Notes: generated from the letters alone by a model not told the origin. A stretch of 64,000 nucleotides of DNA from an uncultured Rikenellaceae bacterium (GCA_964577305.1 CAZNYS010000004.1:8661-72660), one strand, 5' to 3'. Positions 50,670 through 61,135 are shown, counted from the stretch's first letter. Program-made: numbers and translations.

Positions 50670-51560
50670 ATGAAAGCAAAAATAAAAATAAACACACTGG
50701 CCTTAATGCTCTGCAGTATTATATCCTTTGCCAGCCTTATCTATATACTTTACCAGGTTAATACCAACCTGGTTGTTGCTATTAATATTTTTCACACAAA
50801 GTTTGAAACAATCCATTACCTTGTAGGCTTTGGTCACCTGTTTGTCCTGTTGTTTCACATATACGCTATTGTATATATCTTCTTGCATATCAGACATTTC
50901 GCTTCACTTAAGCTGTTCAAAATAATTTTATTAATCCTGGGTGTGATTTCTCTTTTTTCTATCGGGGTTGAAAAGGTGATGATAGATGAAATAGCAAGGG
51001 AATACAGGCACGGACTGGGTATAAATGAATTATATATCCTTAAGCTTGCATACATCATCAATATTGTTTTCAGTCTTCTTTTGTTTGTTTTTCTGTTAAG
51101 AACAGTCAAACTGATAGATCTGGAAAATGCAGAGACTGTTCCTGTGGATGAAAATCTATTTATTATCGGGCAGAGCCTTGGGATTATTTCAGGTATTACC
51201 GGATTATGGTTTACTCTTCATATGATCAAATTTGTCGGCGCAGAGATTATGATGGATAAGTTATGGGTTTTTATACCATTCTATATATTGTTTCTTATTC
51301 CCTATATACTTGCCATACTTTACTGGTTGTCGATAAAAAGGAAACAGTGCATCCATGACTGGTACGATGAAAAACAGGTACAGGATATGTTAAAATCCTC
51401 CCTGGTGACATTGGTGTTATCAGTTCCCGGTCTGGCATTTTTATTGATGTTCCGGGTACCCCATGCTATTTTCTCATTAATTTACTACGTATTCCTGGTA
51501 TTGTTTCTCTTCTCAGCAAGCACCCTTTATTTTTTCAAGTTAAAAGATATTATGAAGTAG
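50670..51560 (+). CDS. Uncharacterised polytopic membrane protein
   Basis: About 8 hydrophobic segments and a C-terminal WYDEKQ motif; co-oriented behind the Xre gene; AT-rich. Confidence 0.7.
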   Translation: MKAKIKINTLALMLCSIISFASLIYILYQVNTNLVVAINIFHTKFETIHYLVGFGHLFVLLFHIYAIVYIFLHIRHFASLKLFKIILLILGVISLFSIGVEKVMIDEIAREYRHGLGINELYILKLAYIINIVFSLLLFVFLLRTVKLIDLENAETVPVDENLFIIGQSLGIISGITGLWFTLHMIKFVGAEIMMDKLWVFIPFYILFLIPYILAILYWLSIKRKQCIHDWYDEKQVQDMLKSSLVTLVLSVPGLAFLLMFRVPHAIFSLIYYVFLVLFLFSASTLYFFKLKDIMK

Positions 51561-51584
51561 AGACGCAAAATTTTGCGTCTCTAC
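51557..51584. repeat. Perfect REP-like palindrome
   Basis: GTAGAGACGCAAAATTTTGCGTCTCTAC; its TAG is the stop codon of the membrane protein gene. Confidence 0.92.
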
Positions 51585-51592
51585 TTTAATCG

Positions 51593-51646
51593 ACATTCGT
51601 TAATTGATATTCGTTAATTGCTATTTATTAATTGATATTGGATATT
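51593..51646 (+). repeat. 14-bp-period (2x7) degenerate tandem repeat
   Basis: acattcgttaattg atattcgttaattg ctatttattaattg atattggatatt. Confidence 0.75.
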
Positions 51647-52845
51647 CACCGGGTTTTTCCCGGATACACTTTCAGGGCTTCTGCCAGGGTTTCCATTGCA
51701 TTTTTAAGATCATTGACATTCAGCACGTATGCTATTCTTACTTCATTTCGTCCCAGGCCGGGAGTTGAGTAGAAGCCCGATGCCGGGGCAAGCATAACTG
51801 TCTGGTTTTTATATTCAAAATCCTCAAGCAGCCATTGTGAAAACTTATCTGAGTCATCAACAGGGAGTTTCACGGTACTGTAAAATGCCCCTTTGGGTTT
51901 TGGACAATATACGCCTTGCATTTTATTAAGAGCTTCCACCATGAAGTCACGCCTTGCTATATATTCATTGTATACATTATCAAAATACTCCTGAGGTGTA
52001 TCAATAGAAGCTTCCCCAACGATCTGGCCCAGACCGGGAGGGCTTAGTCTTGCCTGTGCAAACTTAAGTGCTGTACCAAGTACATCTTTGTTTTTGGTAA
52101 TCAGGGCACCAATTCTTACTCCACATTCGCTATATCGTTTTGATACTGAATCCAGCAGTATAACATTGTCTTCAACACCTTCAAGATTCATAGCTGAGAA
52201 GTGTTTCTCCCCGTCATAGCAGAATTCCCTGTATACTTCATCAGAAAAAAGGAACAGGTCGTGTTTAAGTACTATTTCACGCAACTGGCGAATCTCATCT
52301 GCAGTATAAAGGTAGCCGGTTGGATTATTTGGATTACATATCATTATACCCTTAGTTCTACGGCTTATCTTTTTCTCAATCTCGCTCAACGGAGGGAGGG
52401 CGAAATCGTCCTCTATTTTTGATGTTACAGGTACAATTTTTACACCCGCCGTAGTGGCAAAACCGTTATAATTGGCATAAAATGGTTCAGGTGTGATAAC
52501 TTCATCACCCGGGTCCAGGCAGCTCATGAATGCGAAGAGTACAGCTTCAGAACCACCTGTGGTTACAATAATCTCGGTATGATCAATATTGATACCCAGC
52601 TTCTGGTAATAACCTGACAGTTTCCGGCGGTACGATTCGTTCCCTGCCGAATGGCTGTAAACTATAACTTTCTCCTGCATTTTCTTCAGGGCATCCAGAG
52701 CAACCTGTGGTGTGTGAATATCAGGTTGCCCAATATTGAGATGATAGACTTTACGCCCTTTTCTTTTTGCTTCTTCGGCATATGGTACAAGTTTTCTGAT
52801 GGGGGAGGGAGGCATTGATTTGCCTTTTTCTGAAATCTGTGGCAT
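51646..52845 (-). CDS. PLP-dependent class I/II aminotransferase (aspartate aminotransferase-like)
   Basis: LNIGQPD, GGSEA, NPNNPTG, SDEVY and SVSKRYSECGVRIG (PLP Lys) motifs. TAACTTTG box at 52874-52881. Confidence 0.9.
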   Translation of the reverse strand: MPQISEKGKSMPPSPIRKLVPYAEEAKRKGRKVYHLNIGQPDIHTPQVALDALKKMQEKVIVYSHSAGNESYRRKLSGYYQKLGINIDHTEIIVTTGGSEAVLFAFMSCLDPGDEVITPEPFYANYNGFATTAGVKIVPVTSKIEDDFALPPLSEIEKKISRRTKGIMICNPNNPTGYLYTADEIRQLREIVLKHDLFLFSDEVYREFCYDGEKHFSAMNLEGVEDNVILLDSVSKRYSECGVRIGALITKNKDVLGTALKFAQARLSPPGLGQIVGEASIDTPQEYFDNVYNEYIARRDFMVEALNKMQGVYCPKPKGAFYSTVKLPVDDSDKFSQWLLEDFEYKNQTVMLAPASGFYSTPGLGRNEVRIAYVLNVNDLKNAMETLAEALKVYPGKTR

Positions 52846-52932
52846 ATTTTGTTTTTTTTTTGGTTCAACTATACAAAGTTAATTTTTCAGGACATAAAAA
52901 GGAATGATTTATAACATTAAAATGGAATGATG

Positions 52933-53230
52933 TAATTTGCTCCTTTCTCCCGTCATAGCCTTCGGCAAAGTCGGGCTTCAGTCGCGTAACTGGATCCGCT
53001 AACGCGGATCGTAATAAACTCACTGCGTGAGCGTAACTTGCTCGCTGACACTCGCGTAATTAGTCGGGTCAAAGGGCTAATGAGGGTGAAGAAGGAATGA
53101 CAGATTGAATATTTTATCCAGCGAACTAATTACGCGAACAAAGTGAGCAAATTACGCCCTGCGCTTCGATCACCGAAGCTCGAAGAGCGGAGGCGTTCAG
53201 CAGGGCAATTTACGCTCCGCGGAGCGGAGC
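52933..53230. other. Structured intergenic repeat element (MITE/REP-cluster-like)
   Basis: Inverted repeats 53032-53064 and 53125-53156; hairpins GATCCGC/GCGGATC, CTCAC/GTGAG, GCCCTGC/GCAGGGC and GCTCCGC/GCGGAGC. Confidence 0.65.
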
Positions 53231-53323
53231 ACATTACATTACCTGTAAGTATAATGTTATCCTTAAAACTGGGATCGAATTCAAAAGGTGAATATATGAT
53301 TAAGATTATAAAGTATTAATTTA

Positions 53324-53331
53324 TATTTTTG
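53324..53331 (+). promoter_or_regulatory. -7 promoter box (TATTTTTG) for valS
   Basis: TAnnTTTG 28 bp upstream of the ATG. Confidence 0.55.
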
Positions 53332-53358
53332 CACTTCATAAACTGATTATTAGACAAT

Positions 53359-55998
53359 ATGGATATACCTTCCAAATATAATCCTGAAAGTTCGGAATCG
53401 AAGTGGTATAAATACTGGATGGAACATGGTTTTTTCAACAGTATGCCTGATGAACGGGAGCCTTTCGTCATTACTATTCCCCCACCTAATGTCACGGGTG
53501 TTTTGCATATGGGTCATATGCTGAATAATACACTGCAGGATGTACTTGTAAGGAGGCAGAGGATGATGGGAAAGAATGTATGCTGGGTACCAGGAACCGA
53601 TCATGCTTCAATAGCAACAGAGGCCAGGGTTGTGGCAAAACTAAAGGAAGAAGGTATTAGTAAAAGTGATCTGACGCGGGAGGAATTCCTTAAGCATGCA
53701 TGGAAGTGGACAGAAAAGCATGGAGGAATAATTCTTGAGCAACTTAAACGACTGGGAGCATCATGTGATTGGGACCGTACACTTTTTACCATGGATGATT
53801 TGAGATACCGGTCGGTAATAAAGGTTTTTGTTGACCTGTACAATAAAGGGCTGATTTATAGAGGTATACGTATGGTAAACTGGGATCCTGAAGCAAAGAC
53901 TGCTGTTTCTGATGAAGAAGTGGTGTACACTGAAGAAGATTCAAATCTCTATTACGTAAAGTACAGGATCAGCGGATCAGATGAATTTATCACCATAGCC
54001 ACAACAAGACCTGAGACAATACTTGGTGATACTGCTGTATGTGTCAATCCCTCTGACGGAAGGTATAAAAACCTAGAGGGCAGGAGAGTTATAGTTCCAA
54101 TGGTAAACAGGGAGGTGCCGGTTATATATGATGAATATGTTGATATGGAATTCGGGACGGGCTGCCTGAAAATCACTCCCGCACATGACATTAATGATTA
54201 TGAAATAGGCCAGAAACACGGGCTTGAAGAAATAGATATATTCAATGATGATGGAACATTAAGCAGCGAGGCAGGTTTATTTATTGGAACAGACAGGTTC
54301 AAAGCCAGGGAGTTATCGATTAACCTTCTGGAGGAACAGGGATTGCTTTCGAAAGTTGAGAACTACAGGAATAAGATAGGAAGGTCGGAACGTACAAATT
54401 CGGTAATTGAGCCAAAGCTTTCGATGCAATGGTTCCTGAAGATGGAAGAAATATCAAAGCCGGCGCTCGAAGCAATTGTTAATTCAAATATTAATATCTA
54501 CCCGCAGAAGTTCAAGAACGTTTACAGCCACTGGATGGAAAATGTTCGCGACTGGTGCATCAGCCGTCAGCTCTGGTGGGGACATCGTATACCTGCATGG
54601 CATTACAGCTCAACTGGTTTTGTTGTTGCTGAGAACGAAGATGAAGCTCTTGCACTTGCCCGGAAGGCTACAGGTAATGTGAAGTTATCTTCTGCTGATA
54701 TAAGGCAGGATGAAGATGTGCTGGATACATGGTTTTCATCATGGCTTTGGCCCATTACCTGCTTTAACGGTATACTTGAACCTGATAATGTGGATATTAA
54801 ATATTATTATCCTACCAATGTACTTGTTACGGCACCTGAAATATTATTTTTCTGGGTTGCAAGGATGATAATTGCAGGTTATGAATACCGTACTGAGAAA
54901 CCATTTGATGATGTTTATCTGCATGGCATTGTCCGTGACGAGGATAGAAGGAAAATGTCAAAATCGCTTGGCAATTCACCTGAGCCTTTAAATCTTATTG
55001 AGAAATATGGTGCCGACGGTGTGCGCGTTGGCATGCTTCTTTGTTCGCCTGCAGGCAATGATCTTCTTTACGATGATTCACTGCCGGAGCAGGGCAGGAA
55101 TTTTGCCAATAAGATATGGAATGCTTTCAGGCTCGTTAAAAGCTGGGAGACAGATAAAAATATTACGGAACAGCCGGCATGGTCGGCTGAGGCAGCAGAG
55201 TGGTTCCGGAACCGGTTAAATGAAGCTATACGCGAATACTACAGGGCGTTTGAAAAGTACAGGATATCGGATGCTTTAATGATAGTATACCGTTTATTCT
55301 GGGATGATTTTGCCAGCTGGTACCTTGAGGCTGTCAAACCCGACTACAGGCACCCTGTGGATTTAATCACGTTCAGGAACACACTGGATTTTCTTGACCG
55401 GCTCGTAAGGCTGATACACCCTTTTATGCCATTTATTACCGAGGAAATATGGCAGATGATAGAAAACAGGAGTGCCGGGAACAGTATTATGGTGTCGGAT
55501 ATGCCGGATGCCGGCAAAGTAAGCAGCCGGTCTCTGAAAGATTTTGACCATGCAAGGATGCTTGTCAGTGCTGTAAGGAATATAAGAAAAGAGAAGAGTC
55601 TCCCGACCAGGGAAAGCCTGCAGTTGTTTGTCAGCAAAAAAAGTATTGACGGCGAACAGTCATTTCAAAATCTGGTTAAGCGTCTGGCAAACATATCAGA
55701 TATTCAACAAACAGATAGTAAGCCTGGTGATTCTTTAAGTTTCATGATAGGCACATCGGAATACTATTTAATTATAGGGGAAAAGATTGATATTGCGGCC
55801 GAATTAGCAAGGCTTGAAGCTGATTTAAAATATAACAGAGGCTTCCTTGATTCAGTGATGAAGAAGCTTAATAATGCAAGCTTTGTAAGTAATGCCCCTT
55901 ATAAAGTAGTTGAGCTTGAAAAGAAAAAGAAGTCTGATACAGAGCGTAAGATCAATGCACTTCTTGAACGGATTAATGACTTAAAAGGTAAAGGTTAG
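53359..55998 (+). CDS. valS: Valine--tRNA ligase
   Basis: [42 protein letters not shown] and C-terminal coiled coil. Confidence 0.97.
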   Translation: MDIPSKYNPESSESKWYKYWMEHGFFNSMPDEREPFVITIPPPNVTGVLHMGHMLNNTLQDVLVRRQRMMGKNVCWVPGTDHASIATEARVVAKLKEEGISKSDLTREEFLKHAWKWTEKHGGIILEQLKRLGASCDWDRTLFTMDDLRYRSVIKVFVDLYNKGLIYRGIRMVNWDPEAKTAVSDEEVVYTEEDSNLYYVKYRISGSDEFITIATTRPETILGDTAVCVNPSDGRYKNLEGRRVIVPMVNREVPVIYDEYVDMEFGTGCLKITPAHDINDYEIGQKHGLEEIDIFNDDGTLSSEAGLFIGTDRFKARELSINLLEEQGLLSKVENYRNKIGRSERTNSVIEPKLSMQWFLKMEEISKPALEAIVNSNINIYPQKFKNVYSHWMENVRDWCISRQLWWGHRIPAWHYSSTGFVVAENEDEALALARKATGNVKLSSADIRQDEDVLDTWFSSWLWPITCFNGILEPDNVDIKYYYPTNVLVTAPEILFFWVARMIIAGYEYRTEKPFDDVYLHGIVRDEDRRKMSKSLGNSPEPLNLIEKYGADGVRVGMLLCSPAGNDLLYDDSLPEQGRNFANKIWNAFRLVKSWETDKNITEQPAWSAEAAEWFRNRLNEAIREYYRAFEKYRISDALMIVYRLFWDDFASWYLEAVKPDYRHPVDLITFRNTLDFLDRLVRLIHPFMPFITEEIWQMIENRSAGNSIMVSDMPDAGKVSSRSLKDFDHARMLVSAVRNIRKEKSLPTRESLQLFVSKKSIDGEQSFQNLVKRLANISDIQQTDSKPGDSLSFMIGTSEYYLIIGEKIDIAAELARLEADLKYNRGFLDSVMKKLNNASFVSNAPYKVVELEKKKKSDTERKINALLERINDLKGKG

Positions 55999-56003
55999 TT
56001 GTT

Positions 56004-57308
56004 TCAGGGCATAAGTTTGCGGACGAAGTAGTTCTCATCTAATTTTACCAGTTCCCAGTTATTGTTAAGTACAATATGCCATCCGTCACCCGTGATATGC
56101 TGTTTTTCCTTTTTAACATTTTTAGCCGGTACACGAAGAAATTTAAGGTTGGGTGATACCAGGCATCCACCTTCCTCAACTGCCAGCTTACCCCAATTAT
56201 CAGAGACCCTTATTGTCTGGTAAATTGTCCCCAGTGTATCAACGGGGTCAGTATCTTCTGCTTCGAATGAAAAGTTCGGGCTCTCCAGTTCAATAAGCAC
56301 CACAGGCCTTTCAGTAAACTGGGCTGTCCTGCGCCTCAGCCCTTCCCTTAATTGTTCTTCACGTTTTCTTTCTTCTTCTTTAACCAGGTCGATGTCGTAA
56401 CTGAAAGCAAGACTTCCAGCAATATCGCGGCTGATTTCAGGCAGTGATATATCATATTTATCCATGAGAACTGCTCCAAGGTCAAAATCCCTGCTGTCTA
56501 TCGAGGAGAAATCAAAACCTGTATCATTTAGAAGATGCGCATACAGGTTACCATGGACGAAGCCATATGAAAATGTATAGGAGCGAAAATCATAAATCCT
56601 GTGATAATATTCCAGGAGCTTCTTAAGATATTCTTCCCTGGATTCAGTGCAAAGCATCATATATGTAAACGAGGCGAGGCCTTCATAGTTCTCGAATTTA
56701 TTCTCTTCCTGTATATATTTCGGATACAATTCCCTGCGAGCTGATCTGAAAACGAGTGCATCCCTGATAGCCTGCTTTCGTGTTTCCCCATTAGTACGGA
56801 TAGCTCTTTCCAGTGCCTTCCATTCCATTTTAAGCCATAAACGAGCAGTGCGCTCACCCATATGACTTGTGTTGTAGTCAGGGGTATCAATATTTTTTCT
56901 TATCTGGAAACAATGGAATAAACCATGGATACACCTTGAAGTAATCCTGTAATAGTCCTCTTCTTCAGGTACAGGAGCCATTGCAAATAAGGTGCCACCA
57001 AACTCCTTTGCATAGTTAATCACTTCTTCCCTGGGATAATTGCCTGTAAAGATATCTTCCCTGGGTTTGAGAAGCCCCTCTTTGTCCTGGACATTGGAAT
57101 ACAGTTTTCTTGTTCTGGTATCGATCAGCAGTATAGGTCCGTAAAGATTTTCACCCCAGAGGTCACCATTATCTTTATTGCATAATTTCTCTACTTCTGA
57201 AAAATAGTAGCTTGCTTTATCCACAGTGAAATACTCAAGGCTTTCATCTTGCTTACACTGTGTGAAAAATAGGGGGAGAATAATAAATAGGATTGTACAC
57301 CTTTTCAT
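56004..57308 (-). CDS. Hypothetical lipoprotein with degenerate zinc-peptidase-like motif
   Basis: Lipobox TQC; IHGLFHCFQ with a downstream YEGLASF. Confidence 0.6.
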   Translation of the reverse strand: MKRCTILFIILPLFFTQCKQDESLEYFTVDKASYYFSEVEKLCNKDNGDLWGENLYGPILLIDTRTRKLYSNVQDKEGLLKPREDIFTGNYPREEVINYAKEFGGTLFAMAPVPEEEDYYRITSRCIHGLFHCFQIRKNIDTPDYNTSHMGERTARLWLKMEWKALERAIRTNGETRKQAIRDALVFRSARRELYPKYIQEENKFENYEGLASFTYMMLCTESREEYLKKLLEYYHRIYDFRSYTFSYGFVHGNLYAHLLNDTGFDFSSIDSRDFDLGAVLMDKYDISLPEISRDIAGSLAFSYDIDLVKEEERKREEQLREGLRRRTAQFTERPVVLIELESPNFSFEAEDTDPVDTLGTIYQTIRVSDNWGKLAVEEGGCLVSPNLKFLRVPAKNVKKEKQHITGDGWHIVLNNNWELVKLDENYFVRKLMP

Positions 57309-57473
57309 GCTTGCTTGACTTTAGTTCTCAAAAATAATAAAAATCTTATTCCCGGCTAATTACATTATTGTAATAAATTTAAATATGGTTCAGGATGATA
57401 TATGATATTTGTTCAAAAAGACTAAATCTTTATATTTGGAACCCCATAAGTACCCAGTTAAATAAACAAAATC

Positions 57474-58979
57474 ATGATCGATAATGAAATTTTAATGAAT
57501 CCCAACGAACTGGTACAATTCCTTAAAAAGCCTGCCGGTCAGTTCACCAGGGCTGATATAATAAGATTTGTTGAAGCCAAGGGAATAGAGATGATAAACT
57601 TCCGTTATGTTGCTGAAGACGGGAAGCTTAAGACACTTAATTTTGTAATGTCGGACCGCCAGCATCTGGAGAACTTATTATCGGAAGGAGAGAGAGTTGA
57701 TGGTTCCAGCCTGTTTTCATTTGTAGGGGCCGGCTCAAGCGATCTTTATGTCATACCTAGGTACCGGACTGCTTTTGTAAATCCTTTCACAGAGAGGCTT
57801 GCCCTGGATATACTGTGTTCATTTTATGATTATGAGGGAAAGCCACTTGAAAGTGCTCCTGAAAATATATTAAAGAAAGCATATGAGCGGTTTATGACAA
57901 AATCAGGTTTGGAGATCAAAGCGCTGGGAGAACTGGAATATTATGTTAAATCGATTGAAGATGATCTGTATCCCATGATACACCAGAAAGGATATCACCA
58001 GTCTATACCTTTTGCGAAATTTGAGGATCTTCGTATTGAAGCACTTGAGTTGTGTGCAAAGGCAGGGTGCAGGATCAAATATGGGCACTCAGAGGTTGGC
58101 AGCTTTACCAGTGAGGGAGAAAATTATGAGCAACATGAGATTGAATTCCTTCCAACTGATGTTGATTTTGCAGTTGAACAGATGGTAATAGCCAAATGGA
58201 TACTCAGGATGCTGGGTTATGAGCATGGTGTTGAAATCAGCTTTGCTCCGAAGATAACAGTAGGGAATGCTGGTAGTGGACTGCATATTCATATGTTGCT
58301 TGAAAAAGATGGGAAGAATATTATGCTGGACAAAGGAGAGATAAGCAATACAGCAAGGAGAATGATCGCAGGTATACTCGATCTCTCAGTGTCACTGACA
58401 GCTTTCGGTAATACCATACCTACATCTTACCTGAGGCTGGTTCCCCACCAGGAGGCCCCGACAAATATATGCTGGGGCGACCGCAACCGCTCGGTGCTGG
58501 TACGTGTGCCCCTGGGCTGGTCAGATACAGGTAATATGGTTAAACAAGCAAATCCCTGCGAAGAGTCTGAAGCAGACTTCACCGGAAGCAGGCAGACTGT
58601 TGAATTCAGGGCCCCCGACGGCTCGGCCGATCTGTACCTGCTGATGGCAGGACTTGTCACTGCGATTAAACACGGACTCGAGATGGAGAATGGTCTGGAG
58701 TATGCAAACAGCCTGTATGTTTCAGGAAACCTGTTTACTGAGGAGAATAAAGCCTTCCGTGAAAAGCTGCAATCATTACCCACATCATGTTGGGAATCGG
58801 CTGAAAACCTTGACCGACAACGATCATTTTATGAGAAAGACAATGTGTTTCCGCCCGGTCTTATCGACAGTATAGTAAAAAGGTTAAAATCATTTGATGA
58901 TAAAGATCTGAGTGAGAGGCTTTATGGTAAAAAGAATGAGCTGGCCGAACTGGTTAATAAATATCTGCACTATAGTTAA
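57474..58979 (+). CDS. glnA: Glutamine synthetase, type I-like
   Basis: DGSS, GELEYY, HSEVG, QHEIEF, GSGLHIH, EAP...WG.RNRS...R and VEFR motifs. TATATTTG box at 57431. Confidence 0.9.
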   Translation: MIDNEILMNPNELVQFLKKPAGQFTRADIIRFVEAKGIEMINFRYVAEDGKLKTLNFVMSDRQHLENLLSEGERVDGSSLFSFVGAGSSDLYVIPRYRTAFVNPFTERLALDILCSFYDYEGKPLESAPENILKKAYERFMTKSGLEIKALGELEYYVKSIEDDLYPMIHQKGYHQSIPFAKFEDLRIEALELCAKAGCRIKYGHSEVGSFTSEGENYEQHEIEFLPTDVDFAVEQMVIAKWILRMLGYEHGVEISFAPKITVGNAGSGLHIHMLLEKDGKNIMLDKGEISNTARRMIAGILDLSVSLTAFGNTIPTSYLRLVPHQEAPTNICWGDRNRSVLVRVPLGWSDTGNMVKQANPCEESEADFTGSRQTVEFRAPDGSADLYLLMAGLVTAIKHGLEMENGLEYANSLYVSGNLFTEENKAFREKLQSLPTSCWESAENLDRQRSFYEKDNVFPPGLIDSIVKRLKSFDDKDLSERLYGKKNELAELVNKYLHYS

Positions 58980-59899
58980 TCCTTACCGGTATCGGAATTG
59001 ATATTGGCCGTTTTGATACTCGCATTTAACTCGAAACCAATCAGGAGGGTAATTGAATTAAGGTAAAGCCAGAGTAAAATCACCAGGATTGTCCCCATTG
59101 ACCCATACAGCCTGTTATACTGGTCGAAATTATTTACATATGCTGAAAAGCCAAGAGATGTAAATATAAATAGCAGCGTAGCCAGGGATGACCCTGCAGA
59201 TATAAACCTGAATTTTGCTTTTCTTGATGGTGCCAGATAATACAGAAAAGATATTGCCAGGAACAAAAGACCTATTATGGCAATCCATTTTGTGGTTTGC
59301 AATACATAATATACAATACCACTTTCGATAATATTGTTCTCAACAAGCTTCTCAACAGCTGATCTTCCGAAGATAAGAAGTATGGTAGATACAGTTATCA
59401 GTAAGCCTATGATAAAGAAAAGGAAGAATGCTATCTTCCTCTGTGCAATCCAGCTCCTTGTTTCAAATTTATGGTCAGATACCACAAATGCATTTATCAG
59501 GGCGTGAATACCGTTGGTTGACGTGATGGCAGATGCCAGGAACATTATAATAAGAAAGACATTGCTCCTGTTGGTAATAGCATCCCTTATGCCCTGTTCA
59601 AGAAGGATATAGGCTCTTTCCGGCATTATGCTCTCAAGGAGTAATATTATTTCGTCCTGTATACCGGTTATTGGTATGTAAGGAATGAGTGTGAAAAGAA
59701 GAAAAGTGGCGGGAACAAGGCTCAGCAATAAATTAAATGCTATGGATGAGGCTCTGGTCACCAGGGCTCCTTTCCTGAAACCCCTGATGAAAAAAACTAT
59801 AACATCATACATAGGAACCCTGTCGAAGCCCGGTAGCACCAGGTTTTTGAGCCGTTCAAGGATGTATTTACCTATTTTATCTCTATTGAATAGTCTCAT
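58976..59899 (-). CDS. YihY/BrkB family membrane protein
   Basis: RASSIAF, GSSLAT and YNRLYGSMG...LLWLY motifs. Confidence 0.9.
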   Translation of the reverse strand: MRLFNRDKIGKYILERLKNLVLPGFDRVPMYDVIVFFIRGFRKGALVTRASSIAFNLLLSLVPATFLLFTLIPYIPITGIQDEIILLLESIMPERAYILLEQGIRDAITNRSNVFLIIMFLASAITSTNGIHALINAFVVSDHKFETRSWIAQRKIAFFLFFIIGLLITVSTILLIFGRSAVEKLVENNIIESGIVYYVLQTTKWIAIIGLLFLAISFLYYLAPSRKAKFRFISAGSSLATLLFIFTSLGFSAYVNNFDQYNRLYGSMGTILVILLWLYLNSITLLIGFELNASIKTANINSDTGKD

Positions 59900-60738
59900 A
59901 TGGCCTTGAGGCTGATGTCCATACTTTTAATATGGTGTGTAAGGGCACCAACTGAAATATAATCGACGCCACATTGGGCATATAACCTTACCTTTTCCAG
60001 GGTGATACCTCCTGATGATTCAACCTCGTATCTTCCGTTTACCAGTTCTACAGCTTTTTCTGTTTCAGAAATGCTGAAATTATCAAGCATTATCCTGTTA
60101 ATCATACCCTGATCCAGTATCTGTTTAAGCTCATCCATGTTCCTGGCTTCAATGACAATCAGCAAATCCTTTTTTGTCTTCTCAAGGTAATTATTGGCCT
60201 TGATAATTGCATTTTTGATACCGCCTGCATAATCAATATGATTATCCTTGAGCATTATCATATCAAACAGTCCCATACGGTGATTAACACCACCGCCTAT
60301 TCTCACTGCTTCTTTTTCAAATGCCCTGAACCCTGGTGTTGTTTTCCTTGTGTCAAGTATCCTGGCTTTGTAACCCTTTACAGCATCGACATACATTCTT
60401 GTGGTGGTTGCTATACCACTCATCCTCTGTATTATGTTAAGGACCAGCCTCTCTGATTTCAATAAGCCTTGTTCGGGTCCTTTAGCAATGAAGCCTATAT
60501 CACCGGGCTCAACATTACTGCCGTCAGTCAGGCATTCACTTAGTTTTATCCTCTCATCGATCCGGCTGAAAACATAACCGGCCACGTCAATACCGGCTAT
60601 TACTCCGGCTTCTTTGATAAGAAGCCTGGCTTTACCCATTGCTTTATCAGGTATACATGCAAGTGAGCTGTGATCTCCATCTCCTATATCTTCTGCCTGC
60701 GCAAGGTCAATAAGATTACAGATTGCCTCCTGTATCAT
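59896..60738 (-). CDS. nadC: Quinolinate phosphoribosyltransferase; probable start ATG 60738
   Basis: EDIGDGD, RMSGIAT, DTRKTTPG, NHRMGL, MLKDNH, IMLDNF and ESSGGI motifs. Confidence 0.95.
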   Translation of the reverse strand: MIQEAICNLIDLAQAEDIGDGDHSSLACIPDKAMGKARLLIKEAGVIAGIDVAGYVFSRIDERIKLSECLTDGSNVEPGDIGFIAKGPEQGLLKSERLVLNIIQRMSGIATTTRMYVDAVKGYKARILDTRKTTPGFRAFEKEAVRIGGGVNHRMGLFDMIMLKDNHIDYAGGIKNAIIKANNYLEKTKKDLLIVIEARNMDELKQILDQGMINRIMLDNFSISETEKAVELVNGRYEVESSGGITLEKVRLYAQCGVDYISVGALTHHIKSMDISLKAI

Positions 60739-61135
60739 CCTTCTCAATTCTAAGCTGGTGTATGAGTGATTTTGAATCAATTTTTTTGATCAGGAAGTAT
60801 ACCCTGAAATTACCGTTCCGGGTACGTAAATTACCAATAGCATAAGCTGACTCAGACCTGCCGCCTTTGTGTTTAATAACAAAATCAATCGTAGGATGCT
60901 CGCGAAAAAAATCCTTAAGTATCCCTTCGGCAATATTCCTGGTGTAAAAATCTTCTTTTTCAAGCAAGACAAGCTCAACTGTTGAGTTCAAATATCCTGA
61001 CAGGACATCAACATTACCTGCTTTAAAGGCAAGTGTGATCTCATCAGGGATATCTGCTGACTGCCCTGAAGTATAGGTGATACCTGACAATGCAAAAATA
61101 ATTATTATAGATGTTATTATTCTCATGAAGCTCAT
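60716..61135 (-). CDS. DUF4783-like secreted protein
   Basis: Signal peptide; AFKAGN...L.DFF...Y.IG.L.T..G.FRV pattern; conserved position before nadC. Confidence 0.7.
   Translation of the reverse strand: MSFMRIITSIIIIFALSGITYTSGQSADIPDEITLAFKAGNVDVLSGYLNSTVELVLLEKEDFYTRNIAEGILKDFFREHPTIDFVIKHKGGRSESAYAIGNLRTRNGNFRVYFLIKKIDSKSLIHQLRIEKDDTGGNL

Noticed and set aside
51593-51646. CRISPR array from the tandem repeats here or at 42846 and 50162
   Set aside because: The repeats are 6-14 bp and directly adjacent, with no unique spacers and no cas genes.
52933-53350. T-box riboswitch upstream of valS
   Set aside because: No T-box (GGTGG.ACC) or AG/GA motifs seen. A -7 promoter box lies downstream of the structure, so it is probably not in the valS leader.
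1-58979. Dedicated nitrogen-metabolism island (ansA, gdhA/B, purF, gatDE, aminotransferase, glnA)
   Set aside because: The genes are scattered over 59 kb among unrelated core genes, and I found no convincing shared upstream motif.
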